A stretch of 64,000 nucleotides of DNA from Octopus vulgaris (taxonomy: Eukaryota). Every line of letters begins with the position of its first letter. Position 1 is the first letter of the stretch. The notes beneath the pieces were generated by a model. It had not been told where the DNA came from, did no database searches, and saw only the letters and a program-made list of their open reading frames with translations. Shown here piece after piece: positions 1 through 11,735 of this stretch. The position numbers and the translations under genes were made by a program. The DNA is taken from positions 32,178,001 to 32,242,000 of the forward strand of contig OX597834.1 of the NCBI GenBank assembly GCA_951406725.2. Reading direction: 5' to 3'.

Positions 1-315
1 GTCGGCCACACAGACACAGAGTCTAATGCATTCTGTTTGGATTCAGTGACACACAAAATTCTCGGAGCCAATTTATAATGAAATACTCAGAATAAAAAAA
101 GAAAGAAAAAAAACCCCCAACAAAACATTAAAACACAAAAACAAAAGAAGCCTCTTTTCCAGAACCCCGTTAAACTCCCTGCTATCCTTTCTTATACTCT
201 TTGTATCTCGATTACAAAGACTGGGGCTTCAAGGTTTAATGATATAAGAACAAACAGCAACAACTATAAAAACAAAATACTTCAGCTCCCAACAGGTGTT
301 GACATTCCACAAGGT

Positions 316-545
316 GTAACCGTCTAGCATTTAAACTGGCCACATCCGGTCCAAAGATTCTGCTCGTTTTATGTTCAAACTGGCTCAATCTGGTTTCTCG
401 TACCTACCCTACAATGTCATTGTAAAGACAAAACAATCACATCATTGAAATATTGAAGCTACAAGATAATACATTTATTGATTCCAAACAATGTGATTAA
501 ATAACCATTACATGTGACAGAGTATTCTGAATGCCAAATGATTAA
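316..545. mobile_element. piggyBac-like MITE (family 1), decayed
   Basis: Ends resemble TTAA-CCCTTTAGCATT ... AATGCTAAAGGG-TTAA (here gtaa-ccgtctagcatt ... aatgccaaatga-ttaa); body aligns by eye with the copies at 33380-33801. Confidence 0.65.
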
Positions 546-637
546 GCAATGTCCCCAGTGGAACAACTGCTCCCACACCTGAGACTGCTGCTGCTGCTAT
601 GTACACTGACATCTTGGACCATATCCAGAGAAGTACC

Positions 638-806
638 TATTTCTTTATTACCCACAAGGGGCTAAACACAGAGGGGACAAACAAGGACAGACATAGGTAT
701 TAAGTCGATTACATCGACCCCAGTGCGTAACTGGTACTTAATTTATCGACCCCGAAAGGATGAAAGGCAAAGTCGACTTCGGCGGAATTTGAACTCAGAA
801 CGTACT
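638..806 (-). mobile_element. SINE family A, 5'-truncated, with 14-bp TSD
   Basis: Matches family A body (gactttgcctttcatcctttcggggtcgataaattaagtacc on the minus strand); flanked by exact tccagagaagtacc at 624-637 and 807-820. Confidence 0.9.
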
Positions 807-839
807 TCCAGAGAAGTACCATTCACCTGATTGGCATTA

Positions 840-1280
840 AAATACTAACATATGCTCTGGCTTCTGGCACACTGGTATGCTGTCACCTCTCCGTCTTTTC
901 TCAGACATAGTTGCACGGTCAAGAATTTTGCATCCCAACCGTGTGTGTGTATCTTCAGTCGGTTGACCATGGATTGATTGGTTGACACAATTGAAATATG
1001 GAAACAAATCCCCCCAATACTTATCTGAAATATTTGTAAGCCTTCAATAAATGTATAAAATCCATTATCAGTGTGCACTTTCTATATCACTCCGTAGCAA
1101 CATACCAATTTAACTTGGTAGCTGGGCTGCGGGTTTAAAAACATGACCAATGACAAGTGTTTTGAGTTTGTATTACCAGGATTCCAACATTAGCCACAGG
1201 ACTTATTTCTTAGCCTGGTGCAACTTTATCAACAGAGAGTTTTTGAAGTATTTCACTTGGGTTACTAATCCCTCATCAAC
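840..1280 (-). pseudogene. Highly decayed CR1/L2-group LINE ORF2 3' fragment
   Basis: Minus-strand translation with stops gives KTLVIGH..AQLP and SEKRRRGDSI, resembling the CR1-group motifs TLV.SHLDYCSQLWSP and LERRR.RGD.I; weak by-eye match. Confidence 0.35.
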
Positions 1281-1384
1281 TCCTTTTTGTTTTCCCACAC
1301 ACACACACATAGGCACAGGTGTGGCTGTGTGGATAGGCACAGGGATAGTTGCATAGAAAAGATAAAAGATATATATATATATAT

Positions 1385-1611
1385 GTCTTTACTACCCACA
1401 AGGGGCTAAACACAGAGGGGACAAACAAGGACAGACAAAGGGATTAAGTCGATTCCATCGACCCCAGTGCGTAACTGGTACTTAATTTATTGACCCTGAA
1501 AGGATGAAAGGCAAAGTCGACCTCAGTGGAATTTGAACTCACAACGTAACGGCAGACGAAATACGGCTTTGCATTTCGCTCGGCGTGCTACCGTTTCTGC
1601 CAGCTCGCCTT
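1385..1611 (-). mobile_element. SINE family A, full length
   Basis: tRNA-like head (ggcgagctggcagaaac...gttcaaattcc B box), family A body and tail; inserted in a (TA)n tract. Confidence 0.9.
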
Positions 1612-2064
1612 ATATATATATATATATTGTGGACTCTCCTATCATAGACAATAGATGACCGTTCTGCAATTTCTTGCTGAATGACCTGCACAGATGATTC
1701 GTTTATGGTGGTCAAACGTTTGTGCCTTACATAAATTCATTCCCTCCATCAAATCAACATTGCCGAAACAGTGTGTCGCACATCAGATGTCAAAGTGATC
1801 CCACAGCAACGTCAGATGAAGTGTTTTTTTTTTTCAAGAATACAACACACCACCCAATCCAATAATCAATACCAGGATCTCATAACTGTGAGTGCAGTGT
1901 GTGTGTGTGTGCATGTATGGGTATAAACCTTGATGTTTGCTTTTCAAAGCTTGTTCACAGGTATTGACTAAAAATGTTATACAGTGAGATCAAAATATCA
2001 CTGGGTATTGATATCATCATCATCATCATTATTATTATTCTTGATCCATTCCATGGATCAAGAA

Positions 2065-2287
2065 TAATAATCCTTCTTAGTATAGGCACAAGGCCCAAAA
2101 TTTTTGGGGAGGCAACTAGTCCATTATATCAACTCCAGTGCTTGACTGGTCCTTATTTTTATCGATGCTGAAAGCATGGAAGGCAAAGTGGACCCTGGTG
2201 GAATTTGAACTCAGAACATAAAGACGGATGAAATTCTGCTAAGCATTTTGCCTGGCATGCGAACGATTCTGCCAGTTTGCTGCCTTA
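2065..2287 (-). mobile_element. SINE family A, older subfamily
   Basis: Diverged head and body with the alternative tail ggccttgtgcct seen in other old copies (about 12135-12320, 16940-17150, 39983-40195, 41715-41887, 61170-61325). Confidence 0.75.
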
Positions 2288-2305
2288 ATAATAATAATAA
2301 TAATA

Positions 2306-2667
2306 ACAATAAAGAGCACTCAGAGAGTGCAAACCTCTGCCAAGGCAACATCAACATCCTCTCAATGATTAGCTAGAGAAGATTTTTAAAATGAGAATAT
2401 CAAAATACACTCGACTGCTCTCACAAACGAGAATACTAAAAATGAACCCAACCACTCTCAAAAATTAAGTAAAAAAACAGGAAAAATAATCCAGAATCCT
2501 TGTCCGATACTGGATCAATCCCAAAATTTAATCAGTTCATGCAAGTCATGAGGTCAAACATCCCTGAAAGTTTCATCCCAAACCATCCAGCGGTTCTTGA
2601 GATATCTTGACGGACAAACAAACATGACTGACAACAATACCTCTGCCCTCGCTAAGGTGGAGGTAAT
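2306..2667 (-). mobile_element. Helentron-associated (HINE/DINE-1-like) non-autonomous element
   Basis: Minus strand: 5' acctccacc...ggcagaggt inverted repeat, (gttt/gtcc) simple tract, 3' subterminal ggcagaggt followed by the stem-loop gcactc-tct-gagtgc (2316-2330); this is HINE architecture. Confidence 0.65.
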
Positions 2668-2794
2668 AAAGACATGATATGTGAATCGATATTTTGTATA
2701 ATGCTTCAGCAATGTTTCTGCTGGTGAATCTATGTTGAAACAATCGCAGTCTTATGTAACAAAGTGTGTTGCTCAATCCATTTTCTATTTTATA

Positions 2795-3150
2795 TCATCA
2801 TCATCATCATCATCATTGTTGTTGTTTAACGTCCGCTTTCCATGCTGGCATGGGTTGGATGGTTTGACCGAGGGCTGGCGAGCCAGAAGGCTGTGCAAGG
2901 CTCCAATCTGATCTGGCAAGGTTTCTACAGCTGGATGCCCTTCCTGATGCCAACCACTCTGAGAGTATAGGGGGTGCCTTTATGTGCCACCGGCATGAGG
3001 GCTAGTCAGGCAGTACTGGCAATGACCACACTCAAAAGGTGTTTTTTACGTGCCACCTGCACAGGAGCCAGTCTGGCGTTACTGGCAACAACCACACTCA
3101 AATGCTTTTCACATGCCACCGGCACGTGCCAGTAAGGCAACGCTGGCAAT
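2795..3150 (-). mobile_element. SINE-like family C with (GAT)n tail
   Basis: Contains ggttggcatcaggaagggcatccagc and tail ggacgttaaac..gatgatg on the minus strand, with internal repeats of gtgccaccggcac; an opposite-orientation older fragment lies at about 3250-3385. Confidence 0.85.
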
Positions 3151-3644
3151 CTGTGTGTGTGTGTGTGTGTGTTGTTTCCTTGCCTTGATGTCAGTTGATG
3201 GCTGTAGGCAAACGTCCCTCTCATGTAAGTATTGTCCTTCGTTTCCCATCTTCCATGAAAACACTTGGAAAACAGATGTGGGGTGGTGATGAGAATGGCA
3301 TCCAGTCATAGAAATATCTGCCTCCTCAACAAATTATGTCCAACGCATGCCAGCATGGAAAAGTGGATGCAAAACGATGATGATTTCTGTGGTGCCAATT
3401 TACAATTAAAAAAAAAAAAAAAAAAATGGAAACCATGGAAACACTTTCCAGAAAAGCTTCCCAATTTTACTAATGACCTTCGCAGCAGAAACCCCACCAC
3501 CACAGCTCTTACTTCACTCCACATACTTCCACCAACACCATCCCACCTCCAATACCACCGTCACCACCCACTTCTATTCAGTTCCAAATTTTTCCTTCCA
3601 TCCCAGCTGTCACAACCTCTAGACCAAGCTTCATTTATTTGTGA

Positions 3645-4390
3645 AGATGATGATGATGATGGTGGTGGTGATGATGGCAATGATGGTGGTGGTGATGATG
3701 GCAATGATAGTGGTGATGATGATGATGATGACAGTGGTAGTGGTGATGATGGCAATGGTTGTGAAGGTGGTGGTGATGCTGATGGCAATGACGATAGTAG
3801 AAATGATGAAGGTGGTGGTGATGTGGCGGTGATAATGATGAAGAGGATAATGATGATGATGATGATGATAGAAACTAATATTTTTTTAAGACTCCCTCTT
3901 CAGCAACCCATCCCACCACCACCACCACCATCCTACAATCCAGAAGTACATCCAGGACATACCCTAACAAGGTAAACCAGGCAGTAGTTACTACCACTTC
4001 ATTAGTGAGTGGCTTGTACCATGGAGGTGGTGGTGGTGGTGATGGTGATTGGTCGTTGTGGTTGTAGTGGTGTTGGCGGCAGTGGTGATAAGTTGCTGTG
4101 GTGTTGGTGGTAGTGGCAGTGGTTGTGAATGAATAGCAGAACAAGAAGTGTACCTGCATTGGTGAGGTGGTAACGAGATATTAAGAGAAAGGGAAGCAAA
4201 CGAATAGCACTGAGGTGTGATGGTGGTGGAGATGGTGGCGATGATGGTGGTGGTGGTACTGATGAGGATCATAGTGGCAGTGGTGATGATAATGGGCAAT
4301 GGTGGTATGATGATGATGATGATAGTGGTGTGAACGATAAAGGGCAATGGTATTATGTAGTGATGATGATGATGATGATGATGATGATGC
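3645..4390. repeat. Degenerate (GAT/GGT)n trinucleotide low-complexity region
   Basis: Long imperfect GAT/GGT runs, with a CCA tract at 3913-3930. Confidence 0.85.
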
Positions 4391-4919
4391 AGAAATAATG
4401 AGATAAGGTTGGAAGTAAACCTGTTAATTAGAATAATTCAGTAACAGGAGTTGGGGAGTGGAGAGGAGGAAGGGAAGAAAGCTGTGGGGGTGGGGTGGAG
4501 GAGAAAGAGTTCCTCCTCCGAGAAACAGTTAAAAGGTTAATTGGTGTGGATGTTGCTGATATTGTGGATGATGATGATGATGATGATGATAATAATATGG
4601 TTGCTGCTGATGTTGACGATGATGATGATGATGATGATGTGGCTGTTGCTGGCGTAGTTTTATTGTTTTGTTTGTTTGTTTTATTTACATGTCTGCATAT
4701 TTATTTGTATACTAATTGCTTAATTGGATCCAAGAGGTTAATAAACAGCAAGTCTCCGACACTTGAAAAGGGCCACAAGTTCAATTCCTGTCTGAGTCTC
4801 CCAGAGGGCTCCAGACATTACAGGGGCTACCATTAACTTCAATTACATCAGTCGACTGACTTGTAAAAAAACCAATCCCCCCCACCATCACCACCACTTA
4901 TTAGAAAGAGTAGCCAATT

Positions 4920-5290
4920 AGGTGTAGCTGTGTGGTAAGAAGCTTGCTTCCCAACCACATGGTTCTGGGTTCAGTCCCACTGCATGGTACCTTGGGCAAA
5001 TGTCTTCTACCAGTTTCTTGCGGACCAAAGCCTTGTGAGCAGATTTGGTAGATGGAAACTGAAAGAACCAAGTCACGTGTGTGTGTGTGTGTGTGTTTAT
5101 TCCCCACCATCACTTCACAACCACTGATGTATTTATGTCCCTATAACTTAGCAGTTTGGCAAAGGGGACCAATAAAGTACCAGGCTAAGAAAAAAAAAGA
5201 AAAGTAATGGGGTCAATTTATTTGACTAAAATTCCTCAAGGCAGTGCCCCAGCATGGCCATAAGTTTAATGACAAACAAATAAAAGATAG
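4920..5290 (+). mobile_element. SINE family B (tRNA head with CORE-like accttgggcaa segment)
   Basis: Head gctgtgtggtaag...gggttcagtcccac, CORE-like accttgggcaaatgtctt, internal (TG)n, tail ccagcatggcc. Confidence 0.85.
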
Positions 5291-6936
5291 GGAAAACAAA
5301 TCAACCTGAAATCACACCCTGTCATCTTAAAAAGAAAAAGAACGACACACTGGAGGATAACGGTCCTAGATACATTGTGCCAGAATAAAAAAGTGAAATG
5401 TTCAAAAGGGAACATCTACGATGATAAAACGGCAAATGCAATCCTGACCCATGGCTAAATAGGCATAGCACATGCAAGAGAGCCAATGTAGGAGCCCCTG
5501 TGCTCAAGCTGCTAGATACAGCAGCCAAATCTCACTATTTACATGTACTTCCTATGTACAAGCCTGTGGTCTCTATTTTAAAGAAAGTTTGCTGTTACTA
5601 TTACAACCACCATGACCACCACCAAAACACTGAGCAGGTTGTGGGGCTGATTTATAATGCTTTATCTTGTTTGGTTGGTCCTTATTAGGGAGTCTGTTAA
5701 GGGAGTTTGAGCTGCTACGTTGAGCAAGTCAATCAACTATATAGAAGCTCTTTTGAGGGAGAATCCACTGATACATTGTACGGGTCAATGAATTTACATT
5801 GAAGTCACATCACCCAAATGATGATGACGATGATGATGATGAGAGTGATGATGCAGATAATTATGGTGACGAAGGCAATGATGAGGTTGGTGATGAATGA
5901 GGATGGCGGTTGGGGAAATAATGGCTGTGGGGTAGCGATGGCAGTGGATGGAAATTGGCAGAGATAGAGGGGGTGGGGCATGGTAATGGTGGTGGTGGAG
6001 ATGATTATAGTAATGACACCATAATAGTAAGAATGATGATGATGATAATGATTGGTAGTGGCAATGATGACAGCAACTATAAAGCTGAATTTTAATTAGT
6101 AAGCTAATTTGTGAGACTCAGTGGGTGGTACAGTGGTGGTGGTGGTGGCCAGGGTAGGGCTTGTGGCACTGCATGTGTGTGTGTGTGTGTGGTCTCTGTG
6201 TTGTTTTTCTTTGGTTTCAACTCTTGTACCTAATTAGGAACCAAAACACATGGTGTGCCTTGTTCCAGAGAATGCCAAGAGTCAGAATTTCATTGAGAAT
6301 TTTTTCAACCGAGGAACGGTGCCAGCTAATAAAACCTGTCAATTAGTAATTCAGATATTATATACGGTTATCTTCACCATCATCATTTAACATCTGCCTT
6401 GGGCACGCCTCACAGCAGCTTCCTACTTGTCACGGCTCTTGGTCATCTGCCACACACACAAAACACACACACACACATGCACAAAGCACCAGAGAAAACC
6501 TGGTTAAACTCTGATGTTGCATAGTTTTGTATTTTAACTGTTTTTTCATAGCTGCATGTGATCCAACCCTAGTTACTTCACAGCAGGTATTGGGTGTTCT
6601 TTATCTACAAATGTGAGGCTCCTATCTCCAATCCTGTGGGGCTCTATCTACAAACCCATGTTACCTATCGACAAGCCCTTTGGCTCCTATTTACATGTAC
6701 TCTATTTACAGACATGCTGCCCCTATTTAAACTTGTGCCCTCTATTCACAAACCAATGGTTCCTATTTTACAGACAGTTTGTTGTGGAAATGTTTACCAC
6801 CACTGCCACAAAGGACTCCGCACATTGAGGTTGATGTTTAATTTACAACAACAGTGCAATGTCAAGACTAAAAGATGCAAAAACTAACACGAGAGAGAGA
6901 GAGTGTGAGTGTGTGTGTGTAGATATGGATATATAT

Positions 6937-6995
<59 letters not shown>

Positions 6996-7019
6996 GTGTG
7001 TAACTTAATTTAGATGTTT

Positions 7020-7190
7020 TATTTTTTCCTTTCTTAATCTGTTTTCTTTCTTCACTCCTTTTTATAGAAGAGCATAGGTTCGAAATGTTGAAGACACTTC
7101 AATTTTTCCTGAGTGTCAAACTAATAAACCTTGTTTGTGGTTCCCTGACCTGACTGCCTTTTGCTTTTTGTGCAATTTTGAACTATACCC
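7020..7190 (+). mobile_element. Probable Penelope-like terminal relic with decayed hammerhead-like motif
   Basis: tagaagagcataggttcgaaatgtt resembles a CUGA/GA-stem II-GAAA core (gagc-atag-gttc stem); adjacent to a (TA)n tract. Confidence 0.35.
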
Positions 7191-8029
7191 CTGCCCAACA
7201 CACATAAGTTTCTTTCCATTTCCGTTCTAAGGATTAGGTAGGGCTGTGGCTACAGCAGAAAATACCTGCTGAGGGTGCCATGCAATGGGATGGAACTCAA
7301 AACCACGTGGTTAGAAAGCAAACTAAGCATCATAAGTTATGTTTTCTCAGTATTGACAATATGATATCTGACTCATACATATTCGAATCCTGACACAGAT
7401 TTTTATGTACAAACATTTGAAACAGGAATAGGATATTTAAATCAATATTTATAAGAGAAATCACAATTTACTAAACATTTAGCAACTCACATAGTGCCTA
7501 CTTGATATCTGGCACTCCCATTGCTGTGGTGCTTATGACGTCCTCAAGGGACATGGCTTACCACCCAGGTTAAAGAGACTCCCACTGTTATAAAACATGA
7601 GTGCCAGAAGAGGAAAATGGGATCTTGTGACATTCATGCCTTGCTCTCTTTAAAGTATTGAAATGTGAAGAAGTGACCGAGAAATAGTTTCCAGACAGCA
7701 ACAGATTGGAATCCGGTTACCAAAGTTGAACAAAGACAAGTTGACTGACCGTTTGCTGTATAGAATATACTGACCACTTGCTTGCATACAGGAGATTGTG
7801 GGGAGAGGGGGAGAGAGAGATTGAAGAAAGAAAGAAATAAAACAAGATAAAAAAAAATGTAATAAAAAAAAAAGTGAGAAGAAATGGAAAAGAAGAGGAA
7901 GTATGATGAAAGACTTGAAAGAAAATGTATTAATGAAAAGGCTTTGGACAAAAAAAATGATTTTCGAAATTTTCTGAAAACTCATCCTGCTTGTCCACAA
8001 CATTCTTTAGCCTCCCCCCTCTCTCTCAT

Positions 8030-8390
8030 TTTCTATTTGGCTTTCTCTCTCTCTCTCTCCTTTCTTCCCACCTCTCTCTCTCCCCTTTCTTCCCACCTCT
8101 CCCTCTCCCCTTTCTTCCCACCTCTCTCTCTCTCTCTGCTATATGTCTATACCTCCACTCTACATTCTCTCTCTCTCTCTCACTCTTTACTATATATCTG
8201 TCTCTTTCTATCCCTTTAATTTGGTTCTCTCTCTCTCTCTCTCTGTCTCCTCCTTCTCTCTCTCTCTCTCAATCATTTACTCTCATATTCTAGTTTTATC
8301 TCCCCTCCCATCTCTCTCCTGTTATATCTCTACATCTCCATTCTGCTCCCTTTATCTCTCTCTCTCTCTCTCTCTCATTCTCCCCCCCAC
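8030..8390. repeat. (CT)n-rich polypyrimidine tract
   Basis: Imperfect CT microsatellite array. Confidence 0.9.
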
Positions 8391-8544
8391 TCCTCTGATC
8401 ACTGACAAATTATAGAAATTAAAATATCTTCCAAAGATATTTTCCATTAATTCAATACTTATTGATTTCAAGGTGGAGGCAATGGCTAATTATTGATAAT
8501 ACACACACACACACAGCATATACAAATACACAATTGATCTCTCA

Positions 8545-8585
<41 letters not shown>

Positions 8586-8914
8586 ACAGCATATATACAC
8601 ATATACAAAAAGTAAAAAAAAAAAAACGTTTCCATACACGCATATGCATATATGTAAATGAGAGAGAGGTGGGTGGGTACGCATGTGTGAGAGTGTGTGC
8701 ACATGAGAGTGTGTGATTGTGTGTGCGTGAGAAAGATTGTGTATGTGTGACTGTGAGAGTTGTGTGTGTGTGCATGTGAAAGAGAGAAAGAAAGGGTGTA
8801 TGAGAAGTTGCTGAGCAGTGTTGGGTCAGCTCTGCACTAACTGACCCTTGGCACAGAGATAACCAATCGAATGCTTTGGATCAACTAGCTTTGACCAGTA
8901 TCTCGATTGTGTGT

Positions 8915-9205
8915 GAGGAGGGGGGAGAGACATAGAAAGAGAGGAGAAAGACAGAGAAGAGAGAGAAAGACAGAGAAGAGAGAGGAGAAAGAGAGAGAAA
9001 GAGAGAGGAGAGAGAGAGAAAGACAGAGAGGAGAGAGAGAGAGAAAGAGAGAGGAGAGAGAGAGAAAGACAGAGGAGAGAGAGAGAAAGACAGAGAGGAG
9101 AGAGGAGAGGAGAGAGAAAGAGAGAGAAGAGAGAGGAAGACAGAGAAGAGAGAGGAGAGAGAAAGACAGAAAAGAGAGAAGAGAGAAGAAAAAGAGAGAG
9201 AAAGA
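8915..9205. repeat. (GA)n-rich polypurine tract
   Basis: Imperfect GA array with repeated gagaaagacagag units. Confidence 0.9.
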
Positions 9206-9629
9206 CTATCACAAGATGATGTTTAGATGTATTTCCTTAAGTGTGTATGTACCTATGCAATGTGAGAGAGAGGGGGGGAGGTGGGAGTATCAGTGTGCTT
9301 AGACGTGTGTGTTGGCATACACTCGCGTCTAAACAGCTTTCAAATGATTGAGGCATCCCTGAACAAAATGCCAGTGCATTGCAGAGTGACCTGTTTACAG
9401 CTGAGTGGACTGGAGCAACAAGAAATGAAGTGTTTCGCTCAAGAACACAACACATTGTTGGTCTAGGAATTGACCCCCCCACACACACACACACATTGCT
9501 GTGTATTTAAAAAGATAACTTTGAAAACACATGGTTCCTGGTTCAAGGTACTGGTCAGCTTAAGGAATTGGGCTGATCAATACCTTATGACTGAAATTTG
9601 ATTGATGGAAACTGTAGGGAAGCCCATTG

Positions 9630-10817
9630 TATATTATTGTTGTATTTCAAGATTTTTTCTTTTTTTCTTCTTTTTTTTGCCAAACATGTTTTTCTTTTTT
9701 TGCCAAACAAACACACACACACACACACACTATATATTTTTTTCTTCACTTGTTTATTACTGTCCTTATTTTATTATACTAACTCATATCCACTGTCCGG
9801 GAATCTTTCATCACACATCTGTGACCTCTTCAGTGACACTTTTTGTTTTCGTGTGTGTTCTTGCTCCACTTACTCCATTCAAATGAGTGAAGAAGAACAA
9901 ATATATAGTGTGTGTATATATTGAAAAAAAAAAAAAAAAATGACCATCCTGAAATACAACAATATTTGTTTCAACACACGACTTCACATCAGGAATCTTG
10001 CAAAGCAAGTTGATAAACGTAACCATTATATATTCATATATATATATGTGTGTGTGTATGTACCTTTATGGTGGAGGCGCAATGGCCCAGTGGTTAGGGC
10101 AGCGGACTCGCGGTTTCGATTCCCAGACCAGGCGTTGTGAGTGTTTATTGAGCGAAAACACCTAAAAGCTCCATGAGGCTCCGGCAGGGATGGTGGTAAC
10201 CCCTGCTGTACTCTTTCGCCACAACTTTCTCTCACTCTTACTTCCTGTTTCTGTTGTACCTGTATTTCAAAGGGCCGGCCTTGTCACACTCTGTGTCACG
10301 CTGAATATCCCCGAGAACTACGTTAAGGGTACACGTGTCTGTGGAGTGCTCAGCCACTTACACGTTAATTTCACGAGCAGGCTGTTCCGTTGAGCGGATC
10401 AACCGGAACCCTCGTAACCGACGGAGTGCTTCCATGTACCTTTATGACTGTTTTGCAACATTCCTGATGTGAAATTATGCGTTGAAACAGATATTGTTGT
10501 ATTTTGGGACAGTTGTTTTTCTTTTTCTTTCTTGCCAAATAAACACCTGCACTGTATATCGGTTCTTCACTTGTTTATTATTTTTCTTATTTTTATCTTC
10601 TGTCCATTGTCTAGAAATCTTTCATCACACACCTGTGACCTGTTCAGCCAACTCTTCCATCCACGTGTTTCCTCCTGTTGCTGAAGAGGTCACAGATGTG
10701 TGATGAAAGATTTCCAGACAATGGACAGAAGATAAAATAAGGACAATAATAAAAAAGTGAAGAACGAATATATAGTGTATGTGTTTATTTGGCAAGAAAA
10801 AAATGACCATCCCAAAA

Positions 10818-10820
<3 letters not shown>
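9630..10820. mobile_element. Alternating-orientation array of a ~190-bp unit with hammerhead-like cores (Penelope pseudo-LTR / retrozyme-like)
   Basis: Unit copies at about 9630-9835, 9888-10020 (inverted, partial), 10447-10648 and 10679-10820 (inverted); contains ctgaagaggtcacagatgtgtgatgaaa. Confidence 0.55.
10071..10433 (+). mobile_element. SINE family D (tRNA-Arg-like head; OR-type), 13-bp TSD
   Basis: A box tggcccagtgg, anticodon-like gactcgcgg (TCG), B box gtttcgattcc; exact TSD atgtacctttatg at 10058-10070 and 10434-10446; close to the copy at 57973. Confidence 0.92.
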
Positions 10821-10849
<29 letters not shown>

Positions 10850-10850
10850 C

Positions 10851-10981
10851 ACAGGAGTGGCTGTGTGGTAAGACACTTACTTCCCAACCACATGGTTCTG
10901 GGTTCAGTCCCACTGCATGGCACCTTGGGCCGACCAAAGCCTTGTGAGTGGATGTGGTAGATGGAAACTGAAAGAAGCCTG

Positions 10982-11019
<38 letters not shown>

Positions 11020-11228
11020 CTATAAATTTCTATGTGTCTGTGTTTGTCCCCCCCCCCACCATTGCTTGACAACTGATGTTGGTGTGCCTATGTCTCTGTA
11101 ACTTAGCGGTTCAGCAAGAGAAACCAATAGAATAATTACTAGGTTAACAAAGAATAAGTCCTGGGGTCGATTTGTTCGGCTAAAGGTGGTACTCCAGCAT
11201 GACCACAGTCAAATGACTGAAACAAGAT
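10851..11228 (+). mobile_element. SINE family B
   Basis: Head caggagtggctgtgtggtaag through tail gtcaaatgactgaaacaag. Confidence 0.9.
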
Positions 11229-11239
11229 ATATTTATATA

Positions 11240-11330
11240 TACAGTAATCCTTCAACTATTGCAGGGGCTACATTCTACTCCCCGACCCCAGGACAGATGA
11301 AAATTCGTGAATTAGAAACAGTACTGCATG
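11240..11330. mobile_element. Tigger/pogo-like (Tc1-mariner) terminal fragment
   Basis: ta-cagtaatccttcaactattgcagggg resembles a Tigger TIR following a TA dinucleotide. Confidence 0.4.
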
Positions 11331-11359
11331 TTTCTTTTTATTATTTTTACAATTTACAC

Positions 11360-11735
11360 CTTTACTTGTTTCAGTCATTTGACTGCGGCCATGCTGGAGT
11401 ACCGCCTTTAGTCGAGCAAATCGACCCCAGGACTTATTCTTTTGTAAGCCCAGTACTTACTCCATCGATCTCTTTTGCCGAACCGCTAAGTGACGGGGAC
11501 GTAAACACACCAGCATCGGTTGTCAAGCAATGTGTCAAACACAGACACACAAACACATACATATATATATACGACGGGCTTCTTTCAGTTTCCATCTACC
11601 AAATCCACTTACAAGGCATTGGTCGGCCCGAGGTTATAGCAGAAGACACTTGCCCAAGATGCCACGCAGTGGGACTGAACCCGGAACCATGTGGTTAGTT
11701 AGCAAGCTACTTACCACACAGCCACTCCTGCGCCT
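11360..11735 (-). mobile_element. SINE family B, young full-length copy
   Basis: Reverse complement of family B with CpGs retained; tail-to-tail with the copy at 10851. Confidence 0.92.

Noticed and set aside
3265-3975. 236-aa ORF with Gly/Asp-rich region resembling a biomineral or structural protein
   Set aside because: Begins inside a family C repeat, crosses a poly-A run and is otherwise GAT/GGT simple repeat.
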